Shown here in pieces: positions 18,936 through 27,981 of a DNA stretch of 32,795 bases. Made by a program: the position numbers and the translations under genes. The notes under the pieces are model-generated. The model ran no database searches. It had not been told where the DNA came from and saw only the letters and a program-made list of their open reading frames with translations. Within the stretch, counting starts at the first letter, position 1; every line of letters starts with the position of its first letter. Origin of the DNA: a virus (taxonomy: Duplodnaviria; Heunggongvirae; Uroviricota; Caudoviricetes); the IMG/VR virus record IMGVR_UViG_3300035703_000003; one strand, 5' to 3'.

Positions 18936-19704
18936 GTGTTCCGGTGTTGGCACCATCCGGATCATGATAAAATCTTACCCACATAAACATACCATCCCAT
19001 GTAAACGGAACAACTCCAGTTTGATCTGTAAAGGTGTAACCATCTTCTGCATTTTCAGGATCTAGCTGTATAGTAAACCAATCCGATTCGGTTGGGTTTA
19101 ACTCTAATGTTCCTTGTGCATAAAAAATACCAGTGTAGTCTGTCATGTATACAGCACAAGTATTAGTGCCGTCTCTGTTAAACGATTGTGCGGTTCCTGC
19201 AGTTCTACTTGTATAAAAAGCGTTGCTTATTGTTGTAAATGTGCTTAGGGTAACACTTTCTCTGAGTCCCGGCAACGGTGATTCTTTTACTTCTAACACA
19301 AAACTTATTCTATTATTTTGGTCGCTTAGTAAGCCAAAAGTTCTGCTTTGCGAATCTGTATAAGTAATTATAAGATCGTATAGACCTGCAGTAAGATCAA
19401 CTGTATCATCTTGCGAAATACGCATAACTAGATTACTAGTTTCGTAGTTAATAGGAATTAGAGTTTCAGTTAAACGAACACTACCAGAGGTTCTGTCTAC
19501 CAATTGAGCTACAAATGTTTTGCCGCTAAGGTTAACAGGTTTTCTCCCAGAGTCAGCTACAAAAAACTCAATATCGCTATCAAGTCCGGTATAAATGACT
19601 AAAGACTTTGCATTTTGAGGAACATAATATGTCGTTCCTTTTCTACTAGGAATAACTATTTCTGCTCGTTGATTGTAGCTGTATGCTGTGCCTTGATAAT
19701 TCAT
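18910..19704 (-). CDS. putative structural protein (264 aa)
   Basis: Two beta-sandwich-like halves; late promoter ATAAATA and GGAG RBS upstream. Confidence 0.55.
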   Translation of the reverse strand: MNYQGTAYSYNQRAEIVIPSRKGTTYYVPQNAKSLVIYTGLDSDIEFFVADSGRKPVNLSGKTFVAQLVDRTSGSVRLTETLIPINYETSNLVMRISQDDTVDLTAGLYDLIITYTDSQSRTFGLLSDQNNRISFVLEVKESPLPGLRESVTLSTFTTISNAFYTSRTAGTAQSFNRDGTNTCAVYMTDYTGIFYAQGTLELNPTESDWFTIQLDPENAEDGYTFTDQTGVVPFTWDGMFMWVRFYHDPDGANTGTLDKVLYRN

Positions 19705-19743
19705 TTTTAAATCTCCAATACTATTTATTTGCTAAGTAATAAT

Positions 19744-20124
19744 ATGACAACACTGCCAAAGAAATATCAAACACTTTTAGACGATTTTCCGTTCTTAACA
19801 CTCGTTTCTTACGGAGGCAACGAGTATATAGGAATTATACAAAATATAGATAATAATCTAGCAAGTATGTATAATTTTGAGAATGTCAAAACTTTAGAAG
19901 ATAAGAAAGAATTTTTAACATTGGGCGAAGAATGGTGGTGGGGAACAAATCGAATGATTCCTATTAACATTATTTTCAAAAGTAAATTTGAAAAATTTAG
20001 ACCCGCATTAGTTACATTCAGTCTTAAAGACTTTGAAGTAATACACGGACCTATTATTAGTTTAAGTAATATCATCCAACGCAGAGTTAAACGCAGAAAT
20101 ATCCAACTAATAAGAAAATTTTAG
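19744..20124 (+). CDS. hypothetical protein (126 aa); only well-supported plus-strand gene
   Basis: Fills the gap between minus-strand genes; ATG 19744 follows TAAGTA; divergent from 19704. Confidence 0.7.
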   Translation: MTTLPKKYQTLLDDFPFLTLVSYGGNEYIGIIQNIDNNLASMYNFENVKTLEDKKEFLTLGEEWWWGTNRMIPINIIFKSKFEKFRPALVTFSLKDFEVIHGPIISLSNIIQRRVKRRNIQLIRKF

Positions 20125-20870
20125 GTTTTTCTTAATTTAGTATTAACTTGTGGATCAATCACTTCTAAACGTCTAGCTGTTGTTTTTTCTGATGCATGTA
20201 TCAATAAAGCACGTCTAATTGTATTAGTTTTATTTGGCATAGTGCTATGCAACAGTCGTGGGTGCCAAGACACAAAACTACCCGCAGGCGCAGTATATTG
20301 TTTATAATTATCAGCAAAAAATATATCCCAGCTTGCAGAATTATCTCTCATATCAATTGCATCATAAAAATATTTGTGTGTGCCAGGAACATAACCTGTT
20401 GCGCCATTGTCTTCATTAAAATCGCACATCATCACCATAAATTGTAACCCTAACAATTCTTTAGAATAGCGAAATTCTTTAAAACGATACGGTGTGTCAA
20501 CATGAGGACGGCGAAAATTCATACCGGGATATAAGACAATAAAATCTTGCACATGCCATACCCAATTACCAAATCCAAACACTTGGTCAACAGACGGTGA
20601 TAGGTGTGCTTTTATTTCTTCAATATATGGATGATGAACATGTGGCGTCCAGTAATATGCCCAATCAACTTCGTTAAGAGGATCTTGCATTACTGATACA
20701 TTATTCCAACCATACCACTTTTTATCTTTGTCATGTCCTCGCTGTGGCAGTAACGATGCTGCGTAATTATCTAATTCTGCAATCTTATCAGGATCAAAAA
20801 TATTTTGGTGAACTGTGAACCCTTCGTGCTCAATATCTCTGATAAATCTTTCCCGGTCTATTTCTTGCAT
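20121..20870 (-). CDS. Fe(II)/2-oxoglutarate dioxygenase, PhyH-like
   Basis: HVD...NGATGYVPGTH...WHPRLLHST...N.T...RRA; HxD...H facial triad. Confidence 0.85.
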   Translation of the reverse strand: MQEIDRERFIRDIEHEGFTVHQNIFDPDKIAELDNYAASLLPQRGHDKDKKWYGWNNVSVMQDPLNEVDWAYYWTPHVHHPYIEEIKAHLSPSVDQVFGFGNWVWHVQDFIVLYPGMNFRRPHVDTPYRFKEFRYSKELLGLQFMVMMCDFNEDNGATGYVPGTHKYFYDAIDMRDNSASWDIFFADNYKQYTAPAGSFVSWHPRLLHSTMPNKTNTIRRALLIHASEKTTARRLEVIDPQVNTKLRKT

Positions 20871-20878
20871 CTTTATTC

Positions 20879-21436
20879 CTAACTCTGTAACTTTTCACAT
20901 ATCACATTCATATGCACTACTACTGCCATTGCATAACTAAACGCATGTGCTTTTTTGAAATAGTAACTACCGTCATTTGGCTTAAGCCATACTTCACGAT
21001 GTATACGATCCCAATCAATGTCTTTTGCTAGATAACGTTTCGACGGTCTGATTACTGCTAATGTAACTGCTAGCTGTTCTAAGTTTTTCGGAGCAAGTCT
21101 TTTAACTAAATCTTCATTACCTGCTAAGTGAAAAACTTGCGAACAAAATTCCGAGTGCTCTAGTAATTCCCATAACGGTTCTGTTTCCATTAACTCTTTA
21201 AGATGACTTTCGCTACGTATATCTTTATATATATTTACATTCAGTAGGTCTACTTTAAAGTACCCCTGTTCTTCTGCATCTTTGTGGTCTATAGTGCAAA
21301 CATTTTTAAAAGGGTCTACAGGGACACGATGAAAGTAAACACCTGTGTTGTGTTTACGATCTCCTAGTCTAGCAGGAACATGCTTTAGTAATTGTAAGAT
21401 GTCTTGCCTGTTCGCTAAGTCGATATCAATATCCAT
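20879..21436 (-). CDS. minimal DNA polymerase III alpha (DnaE)-like protein, 185 aa
   Basis: DIDID, HNTGVYF, FKVDLLN, QVFHL, LAVIRPS, YYFKKAHAFSYA match the DnaE palm/fingers motifs in order. Confidence 0.8.
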   Translation of the reverse strand: MDIDIDLANRQDILQLLKHVPARLGDRKHNTGVYFHRVPVDPFKNVCTIDHKDAEEQGYFKVDLLNVNIYKDIRSESHLKELMETEPLWELLEHSEFCSQVFHLAGNEDLVKRLAPKNLEQLAVTLAVIRPSKRYLAKDIDWDRIHREVWLKPNDGSYYFKKAHAFSYAMAVVVHMNVICEKLQS

Positions 21437-22086
21437 TATAGTTCCCCGTCGATAATATGACTAACCCATGCTGCATCCGCTGGATTTAAATCACGCTTTC
21501 TTGCCCAATAGTCTGCATCGATACATGCTGCTACACGATCTAACTGTTCAGCATTTAACCGTTCAATTGAGTGTTGCCCACGCTTACTGCATATAAGTAA
21601 CCAAGGACTAATCTTTCCTGTCTCTACCCAATCAGCTATTAGGTAGCCGTTTGCATCTTCCCAAAAAGTGTTAAAGTAGTCAAGCTCACTAGCATGTTCG
21701 ACAAAACGTTCTAACGCTCGTTCAACTGTTTCTTTTTTCAAATGTTCTTTAACAAATAGCCCATACATACGATCAGTCGGCCAATCTTTAAGTTTAGCTT
21801 GATTGCGAATTAACCATCGTGTGTATGCTTCTGTATCAATAACACGAGTGTTAATGCAATAGCTACCAAACTTAATAAATGCACTGTAATACTGACTGTT
21901 TACAAAATCATCAAAAGTTTTAGGTTTACTTTGCATACCTAATCTATAAAACAAATCAAATGCTTCAAAACCTGCAAACGATTCTGGCATGTCCTTTTGC
22001 ATCCATCTGCGCTTTTTATCGCACATATGAACTGCAGCGGTTCTCTCTGTTTTAAATGATTGCTTACAGTATTCGCATGTAATCAT
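21436..22086 (-). CDS. hypothetical protein with N-terminal C2H/C zinc finger (216 aa)
   Basis: CEYC...HMC; TAATG coupling to the mini-DnaE gene. Confidence 0.7.
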   Translation of the reverse strand: MITCEYCKQSFKTERTAAVHMCDKKRRWMQKDMPESFAGFEAFDLFYRLGMQSKPKTFDDFVNSQYYSAFIKFGSYCINTRVIDTEAYTRWLIRNQAKLKDWPTDRMYGLFVKEHLKKETVERALERFVEHASELDYFNTFWEDANGYLIADWVETGKISPWLLICSKRGQHSIERLNAEQLDRVAACIDADYWARKRDLNPADAAWVSHIIDGEL

Positions 22087-22547
22087 TTGAACATTTCTTT
22101 AATATCTTTTGGAGTCATCCCTTGCTGTTCCATGCGGTCAACAAAATCTTCTTTACTGTTTGTTGCAACAAGCAAATCTAACTCGTCATCATTGTAAGTA
22201 GGAAATTGACCAGCAAGCCAATCTAGTAACTTGTTTTTCTTACCACGTTTGCCAGGTGCAATCCACGGATGATACTGCGGCGATCCGATGCCTACTAGTT
22301 GTAACAACTGGTGTTGTAACTGCGGATGATGTCGTAGTATGTTGTTATGAACATTAACAAAGTCGTTAGTCATTGTTAAGTAATGAGATTGGATATCAAA
22401 GTTTTTGCTATCAATTGCACTAGTATATCTCATAAGAACAAAGATGCTAACTTTGCTTTGCTCTTCCTCGGTTAAACTATCCCACCAAGACCTGTCTCGG
22501 CAGTCAATTGCTCGCATTTCTTCTTTAATGTCTAGTTTGTTTACCAT
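22083..22547 (-). CDS. putative clamp loader small subunit (gp62-like)
   Basis: Size and motifs (LMRY.S, HPQLQ..LL, HPWI.P.K) resemble gp62-like proteins; replication context. Confidence 0.5.
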   Translation of the reverse strand: MVNKLDIKEEMRAIDCRDRSWWDSLTEEEQSKVSIFVLMRYTSAIDSKNFDIQSHYLTMTNDFVNVHNNILRHHPQLQHQLLQLVGIGSPQYHPWIAPGKRGKKNKLLDWLAGQFPTYNDDELDLLVATNSKEDFVDRMEQQGMTPKDIKEMFK

Positions 22548-23041
22548 AGGTCATCTGTGCTTAATACGTCTGGCACTTTACTTGTTTCTTTAACAAAAAA
22601 TGCACATTTCGGGTTGTCGGTCGTTTGAACTGGTATAGTTAATATGTGTCCATATTTTAATTTAGGAAAATACCATCGCATATCTTGGTATATGTTAATA
22701 ATCTCAATTTCAACAAAGTCGGGCATAAATCCAGTAATAGGATTAAACAAAAACGCTTTAAATCCTCTATCATTTAGACTTGTAATAGGCAATACTTCAG
22801 GATCGCCGACTTCGGGATCGCAAACAATAATACTCCAATCTAACGGGACTGTTATTGTGTGATTTCCCAGCCTAAGGACTGCAGCCGGACTATTGAAACT
22901 CTCTAAAAACACTAACGGAACAAATATATAATCCGCATTATGTTTATCGCTATAATCTAACACACAATATCTGATATCGTCAATCTCTTCCGGAACATAA
23001 TCTAAATCATATGTCTTATTTTCTACAGTTAATATTTTCAT
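22541..23041 (-). CDS. hypothetical protein (166 aa)
   Basis: ORF coupled to the helicase stop (TAATG). Confidence 0.7.
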   Translation of the reverse strand: MKILTVENKTYDLDYVPEEIDDIRYCVLDYSDKHNADYIFVPLVFLESFNSPAAVLRLGNHTITVPLDWSIIVCDPEVGDPEVLPITSLNDRGFKAFLFNPITGFMPDFVEIEIINIYQDMRWYFPKLKYGHILTIPVQTTDNPKCAFFVKETSKVPDVLSTDDLW

Positions 23042-24492
23042 TAATAGGTTACCTTATCTACAACAAAAGGATAATTCGCTTCTTTGTAGTATTTCTTACG
23101 TTCAGTCAAATGTCGTTTGCTAAACTTTGCACTGCTAGTGATATCCCAGATACGAACACTATCCTTATCCTTTGCTTTACGTATACCACGACCGATACTT
23201 TGTATCACCCTGACAAAACTTTTGCCAGGTTCAAGAAGGACAAGATTAAAAATACGAGGGATATTAATCCCCACCGCTGCGACTCCGTAAGTTGCCACGA
23301 TAATTTTGTTATCTGCTTCAGATACTTCATCATATTCTTCCTTTCTATCTTTTGACTTCATGCTACCACTAATAAAAACAACTTCATCTCCAAGTCGTTC
23401 TATTAGTCCTTCGCCCGTTTTAATACGGTCAACAAGAACAAGTGTGTTACCATCAAGCGATAACGTTTGTATCAAACCTGCAAGATAGTCAAGTCGTTTC
23501 TTATCAGTGGTAAGATAGGTAAGTTCGCTTTGATAGTTATTGTATGTAACGTTATCTTGCAACTGTAAAATATTAACTTCACACTGTGCAAGAACTCCTT
23601 GCTCCTGTAGTTCGCTTGCTGCTAATTGATGAACAACTTCACCTAAGCTAATCTCTAGTGTTAATCGTTCCCATTGCTCTTTAGGAACAGTCCCTGTTAG
23701 ACCCCAACGAATCGGAATGTTACTAAACGGCCCTGTTAATAGCTTCTTCAATACATCAGCTTTTGCTTGGTGAACTTCGTCTACTATAATGCAAACTACA
23801 CCTTCTGCGAAATCTGATAAACTGAAATCGCTTTCACCGTCTTTGAATTTCTTATCAATGACGTTTAAACTTTGCCATGTGCATATGGTATGTGTTTTAC
23901 CCAAGTCTTTACGATCACCAAAGTATACACCAACATCTAGACCTAGGTTAATGTAGTCTGCTTCTGTTTGAACAACTAAGTCTTTGTTTGGAACAATAAC
24001 AATACTACGTCCATACGATTCGACTAAACTGCTTAGTGCTGCAGTCATAAGTGTCTTACCAGCACCTGTCGCAATTTCTTGTAACGACTGTGGATTCGAT
24101 AAAAACTTGTTGATGATCTCCACTTGGTAATCACGTAGTATAACAGGTTCACCTGCAGCAGGATGCTTAGGCGGCCACACTTTATGGCTAAAGTGGTCTT
24201 CTGTAATTTCTGGAAATTCTAACTTCCACGGTGTTCGTTGATCTACAATATCAACTGTATACCCATCTTCTTCTAATACCGGTAGGATTGTAGGCAAGCA
24301 ATTGATAAACGTATTGCCGCCCGTAGTGAAAAATCCCACACACCCATCCCAACGACCTAGTTTATAAGCAGGACTATGGAATGCATATGGTAGTAGGAAT
24401 TTTAGTTTTTTTTCTAGTTTACGACGAGTTGTTAATTGCAAGTTTTCGATTTTACAATTAACTTCGTCTTTTAATATGATGTTACACTTCAT
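23041..24492 (-). CDS. uvsW: SF2 DNA helicase, UvsW-like
   Basis: LRDYQ, ATGAGKT, DEVH, GLTGT, GINIP, QSIGRGIR motifs. Confidence 0.88.
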   Translation of the reverse strand: MKCNIILKDEVNCKIENLQLTTRRKLEKKLKFLLPYAFHSPAYKLGRWDGCVGFFTTGGNTFINCLPTILPVLEEDGYTVDIVDQRTPWKLEFPEITEDHFSHKVWPPKHPAAGEPVILRDYQVEIINKFLSNPQSLQEIATGAGKTLMTAALSSLVESYGRSIVIVPNKDLVVQTEADYINLGLDVGVYFGDRKDLGKTHTICTWQSLNVIDKKFKDGESDFSLSDFAEGVVCIIVDEVHQAKADVLKKLLTGPFSNIPIRWGLTGTVPKEQWERLTLEISLGEVVHQLAASELQEQGVLAQCEVNILQLQDNVTYNNYQSELTYLTTDKKRLDYLAGLIQTLSLDGNTLVLVDRIKTGEGLIERLGDEVVFISGSMKSKDRKEEYDEVSEADNKIIVATYGVAAVGINIPRIFNLVLLEPGKSFVRVIQSIGRGIRKAKDKDSVRIWDITSSAKFSKRHLTERKKYYKEANYPFVVDKVTY

Positions 24493-24498
24493 TTTAAT

Positions 24499-24527
24499 AC
24501 TATAAAAGATATCTTAATTATTGTCAA
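24499..24527 (-). promoter_or_regulatory. sigma70-type promoter for uvsW
   Basis: TTGACA-17 nt-TATAGT. Confidence 0.65.
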
Positions 24528-24548
24528 TCTTTACGTAAATACTTATAT

Positions 24549-24581
24549 AAAAAAAGGACTAGTAAGATGTCTTACTAGTCC
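24549..24581 (-). terminator. intrinsic terminator
   Basis: GGACTAGTAAGA-CA-TCTTACTAGTCC perfect inverted repeat followed by T7. Confidence 0.85.
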
Positions 24582-24587
24582 CAGGCA

Positions 24588-24641
24588 GTCTCGGCAGTGG
24601 TTGAGTGAGAGTGACAGTGACAGAGGAGCCACTGCCGAGAC
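24588..24641. repeat. 13-bp perfect inverted repeat with a repeated-hexamer loop
   Basis: GTCTCGGCAGTGG (24588-24600) / CCACTGCCGAGAC (24629-24641); loop contains GTGAGA GTGACA GTGACA. Confidence 0.8.
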
Positions 24642-24649
24642 AGTGTGGA

Positions 24650-25660
24650 TTAACGCTTCATGCAAGTAGTTTCTGCATAGCGTTTCCATTTATCACCGTT
24701 CATCTTCTTGAGATCGGCGATCTTTAGAACCATACGCAAGCTGATTTCACGCAACTTGTTTCGGTTATCGTAAATGTAGTTTAGGATTTCGTCTTGCTCT
24801 GCTTGACCAAAATCGTATTGATACAACATACCATCTTGCACAATTTGGCGGCAACGAAGGAACTTATCCCGGAAGTTGTCAATGGTCAGGTCAATATAGT
24901 GGCAGCGAGACATAAGGGCTTCCAAATGGTGACCAATTTTACCCCTTACCTTTTCGAACTTAAGGTTAGTGATAAAGATAACCGAACCCTTAAACTCGAA
25001 CTTGTCTGGGATACCTTCGTTTTTCAACACACGGCTTTCTTGACGCCAGCTTAGAAAACGCTTAGTCCCGCTGTCGAGTGCTGCTTTAAGCATATTGAGC
25101 GAAAGTTCGTCATACAACACGCTATCGCAGTCGTCCATAACAAGCACACTACCTGCAGCGGAATACTCAAACAGCAACTTATACAAACCGATTGGACTTG
25201 CTGCACCTTTTTCTACACCGAATTTACGGCCAGTAGTATTGTGGCTACCGCTCATCTTATTCATCATTTCTGCTTCACGCATGACTTTTTCGACGCCGTA
25301 GCTTTTACCAACACCAGGAGGACCAGACACAACCATGCCACGCACTACACCGTCACATGCAGCATAGCTCATGTCTTCTAGGATTTGGAATCGATCACGC
25401 AACCGATCCATAATGTCTTCGTCGGTTTCTACTTTGGCTTTAGTAGGATGTGCGGGCTCAAACTCGCTATCGAGAATCTCAAAGTCTTCGGGATTGACTT
25501 TGATCCGAACTTTGGAGTTAGGAAGACCGGCGTGTTCTGCGCCGTCTACAGTAATGTAGTTACTGTCTTTGCCTTCTGTATACTCTTTGACCAAAGTAAA
25601 AACAGTATCCTTAATCTCAAGATTCCGATAGCTGCCGCTATGAACTAGAACTTTCTGCAT
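24650..25660 (-). CDS. AAA+ ATPase
   Basis: GPPGVGKS Walker A, VLVMDDCD Walker B, IFITN sensor, ALMSR arginine finger. Confidence 0.85.
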   Translation of the reverse strand: MQKVLVHSGSYRNLEIKDTVFTLVKEYTEGKDSNYITVDGAEHAGLPNSKVRIKVNPEDFEILDSEFEPAHPTKAKVETDEDIMDRLRDRFQILEDMSYAACDGVVRGMVVSGPPGVGKSYGVEKVMREAEMMNKMSGSHNTTGRKFGVEKGAASPIGLYKLLFEYSAAGSVLVMDDCDSVLYDELSLNMLKAALDSGTKRFLSWRQESRVLKNEGIPDKFEFKGSVIFITNLKFEKVRGKIGHHLEALMSRCHYIDLTIDNFRDKFLRCRQIVQDGMLYQYDFGQAEQDEILNYIYDNRNKLREISLRMVLKIADLKKMNGDKWKRYAETTCMKR

Positions 25661-25690
25661 GGTGTTACCCTCTTTCTCTGTCTACAGTTA

Positions 25691-25718
25691 ACATTAACAT
25701 ATGCGACAGCAGAGTCAA
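25691..25718 (-). promoter_or_regulatory. sigma70-type early promoter
   Basis: TTGACT-16 nt-TAATGT; leader contains GTAGACAG, shared with the promoters at 26898 and 28398. Confidence 0.55.
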
Positions 25719-26410
25719 CCTTTATTTTCAATCTTAACATAATTCAGGACAGTTTCTTTGCAGTCGCTAAACTTGCTAACATCATGGGTTTTGACTTTAC
25801 CGGTGAGGATAATACGCTTGCCCTCAAGCAGGCCAGCAATGTCAGGTTCACGATTAAAGAAGAACTTAACAATATTGCCATCGTCGTTGATGCAAGTAAC
25901 AAGGTGAATGCCAAACTTAGCAATAAATTTGACGTCCTTAACTTCAACTTCAAACTTTACACGGTCACCAATTTTACCAACAAACTCGCTAGTAGCACGA
26001 TGAGCATCAAACCAGTTGTCAAGATGTTGCCGCTTCTTTTGAACTCGATAGCTGTTGGGCAAGCTAGCAAGAATGCTCACACCAAAATTGTCAACGTTTT
26101 CATTTGCAATTGAATTCAAAACACTTTCTTCGAACGTGTTGAGTTTGTTCATTAGTTTTTTTGCAATCAGTTCTTCTTTGAAAGAAGTTTTAATCTCTTG
26201 AGCGAGCGCACGATCTTCGTCAGTCACTGTAACCGTTTGCTCTGTTGCTACAAGCGCCATTGCAATAGCAGTCTTGTTATCATGAATCTGAACACCACGA
26301 CCGTAATCGTAATATCCGAACCCACTTTTAATAAATCCCTGATCTCGGTCGATTGCAATTGAAAGTGCAAGAACCGAGTCTGTATTGTAAGTAGTCTTTA
26401 GTGCTTTCAT
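25715..26410 (-). CDS. hypothetical protein with probable C-terminal OB fold (231 aa)
   Basis: FVGKIGDRVKFEVEV...ILTGKVKTH beta-barrel pattern. Confidence 0.6.
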   Translation of the reverse strand: MKALKTTYNTDSVLALSIAIDRDQGFIKSGFGYYDYGRGVQIHDNKTAIAMALVATEQTVTVTDEDRALAQEIKTSFKEELIAKKLMNKLNTFEESVLNSIANENVDNFGVSILASLPNSYRVQKKRQHLDNWFDAHRATSEFVGKIGDRVKFEVEVKDVKFIAKFGIHLVTCINDDGNIVKFFFNREPDIAGLLEGKRIILTGKVKTHDVSKFSDCKETVLNYVKIENKG

Positions 26411-26451
26411 GTCATCTTGTCCTTAAGCTTCTTGTCCGTTACAATAATATT

Positions 26452-26480
26452 AAATTAGCGTATGACTTTATAGTTGTCAA
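26452..26480 (-). promoter_or_regulatory. sigma70-type promoter
   Basis: TTGACA-17 nt-TAATTT. Confidence 0.5.
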
Positions 26481-26881
26481 CACGTTTCTTTGAGTTGTTC
26501 GCAAACTTCGTTAATCACTGCATCGTATTTGCTCTTGTAGGGCAAGTCGAACAGGAAAGCCACGTAGTCCGAACCATAGGAAAGGTCAAAATCTGAAATA
26601 TTCTTAGCTTGAAGAATCCAGCGGATTGCAGTCTTTTCGTCACTGGCGCCATAATTAATAGTGGACTGGATTAACTGAGCAAAGGCTGCCTCAGCAGCAC
26701 TGTGCCGGTCTTTTTCTTCTTTGATCGAAATTTCAAGATCAACAAGCAGATCGTCCCACGTCTCTTGTTTCTCGTCGTCGGTGCTCGACATCCAATCGCT
26801 CCACCAATAAGTGGAAGGACGATAACCATAGGCGTCCTTGTGGAGATCGGAAACGATGCGTTCATCAAACGTGTAAGCCAT
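26477..26881 (-). CDS. hypothetical early protein
   Basis: SDLHKDAYGYRP motif; start moved to the second ATG on RBS spacing (GAGG 9 nt upstream). Confidence 0.7.
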   Translation of the reverse strand: MAYTFDERIVSDLHKDAYGYRPSTYWWSDWMSSTDDEKQETWDDLLVDLEISIKEEKDRHSAAEAAFAQLIQSTINYGASDEKTAIRWILQAKNISDFDLSYGSDYVAFLFDLPYKSKYDAVINEVCEQLKETC

Positions 26882-26897
26882 TTCAAACATCCTCTGT

Positions 26898-26944
26898 TTC
26901 GCTGTCTACATATATAATATAGTGTAAGAGCTCTTGGATGTCAA
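26898..26944 (-). repeat. 47-bp duplicated early promoter, copy 1
   Basis: TTGACA-tccaagagctcttacac-TATATT-ATATATGTAGACAGCGAA; 45/47 identical to 28398-28444. Confidence 0.85.
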
Positions 26945-26949
26945 TAGAT

Positions 26950-27183
26950 TTATGCTGCGGCTTGCGAATATTTTTTAACTGTATCTTCAGTCATGATGCC
27001 TGTTACCCAATTATCAGCAGCATCTCTTACATAAGGATAACTGTTATTAGGGTATTCAATCTCTCCCACACGACAACCGTCGAGGAAAAATTCTACAACT
27101 AAGATTTCGTTTGAAATTCTCATAACTGCCTTTTTTCTTTTGCAGTCACTGACAAATGTTGATAACGGCTTCATTTGATACAC
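26950..27183 (-). CDS. hypothetical protein (77 aa)
   Basis: ORF co-oriented; TATAAATA upstream. Confidence 0.6.
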   Translation of the reverse strand: MYQMKPLSTFVSDCKRKKAVMRISNEILVVEFFLDGCRVGEIEYPNNSYPYVRDAADNWVTGIMTEDTVKKYSQAAA

Positions 27184-27250
27184 TCACATTTAGTATACGC
27201 ATAAACGTATAAGGATATTTATATAGTTGTTACATCGTATAACGCTAACA

Positions 27251-27595
27251 TCATGAAAAATTAAGATGAAGTGATTGTTTAAAGTTGAAGTTGCCAGGTC
27301 TTTCGTTGCCTTCTACAGCAAGAATTTTATGAACATATTCGGGCAAGTGATGTCCGAACCGTTTTAAAAATTCTTCACGTAGCAGGTTTTCTGCACCCAT
27401 AGCAAAATACCCGCCGAATTCTTCGATAAACTCTCGGCCAGCAATCACCTTAGGTGTGTGACCTTCTTTGAGTTCATAATTTTCGTCGTAGTCATCTCGG
27501 TGAGGATATGCTCGAGTAATTAGCAGCATCACAGTTCTACCCTCGCCCGTGGCATAGTAGTCTGATGCGATAAATTGATAAAGTTCCTCGCTCAT
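27251..27595 (-). CDS. hypothetical protein (114 aa)
   Basis: Start reassigned to MSEELYQF (ATGA overlap with the Pth2-like stop). Confidence 0.65.
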   Translation of the reverse strand: MSEELYQFIASDYYATGEGRTVMLLITRAYPHRDDYDENYELKEGHTPKVIAGREFIEEFGGYFAMGAENLLREEFLKRFGHHLPEYVHKILAVEGNERPGNFNFKQSLHLNFS

Positions 27596-27981
27596 TTGTG
27601 AAGATCCCATTGACGCATGTATTCTAGTTCTGCTTCAGTGTAAGCAAACACCCACATACAAGTGACTTCCGACCTAGTAAACACTTCGCCGTAGTAGTTG
27701 CGGTATGGGTAAGTAGGATCAGTAACGTAACCCCAATGTGCTACGTTCATTGAAATCTTACCGAATGTATCCAGCGTTTCGTGCAGCACCAGCGTAACGC
27801 CAAATTCACGATTTTCTCGCCAAGCACTCATTGCCTGCCAAAACTCGTCTCCGTCTTTGTTAACCAACGAGCTTTGATAAGCACCAAAGTCTGCTTGGGC
27901 ATGAGCAGCCTGTGCCATAGCCTTGCCTGGGTTCATATCCCACAGGTCACGGCGCATAACAATATAAAGTCTTGGTTCCAT
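27592..27981 (-). CDS. peptidyl-tRNA hydrolase 2 (Pth2)-like protein
   Basis: LYIVMRRDL.MNPGKAMAQAAHA is the Pth2 N-terminal signature. Confidence 0.75.
   Translation of the reverse strand: MEPRLYIVMRRDLWDMNPGKAMAQAAHAQADFGAYQSSLVNKDGDEFWQAMSAWRENREFGVTLVLHETLDTFGKISMNVAHWGYVTDPTYPYRNYYGEVFTRSEVTCMWVFAYTEAELEYMRQWDLHK

Noticed and set aside
22541-23041. Faint Hint/intein-like beta pattern
   Set aside because: No N-terminal Cys/Ser, TxxH or C-terminal HN; it is a free-standing gene.
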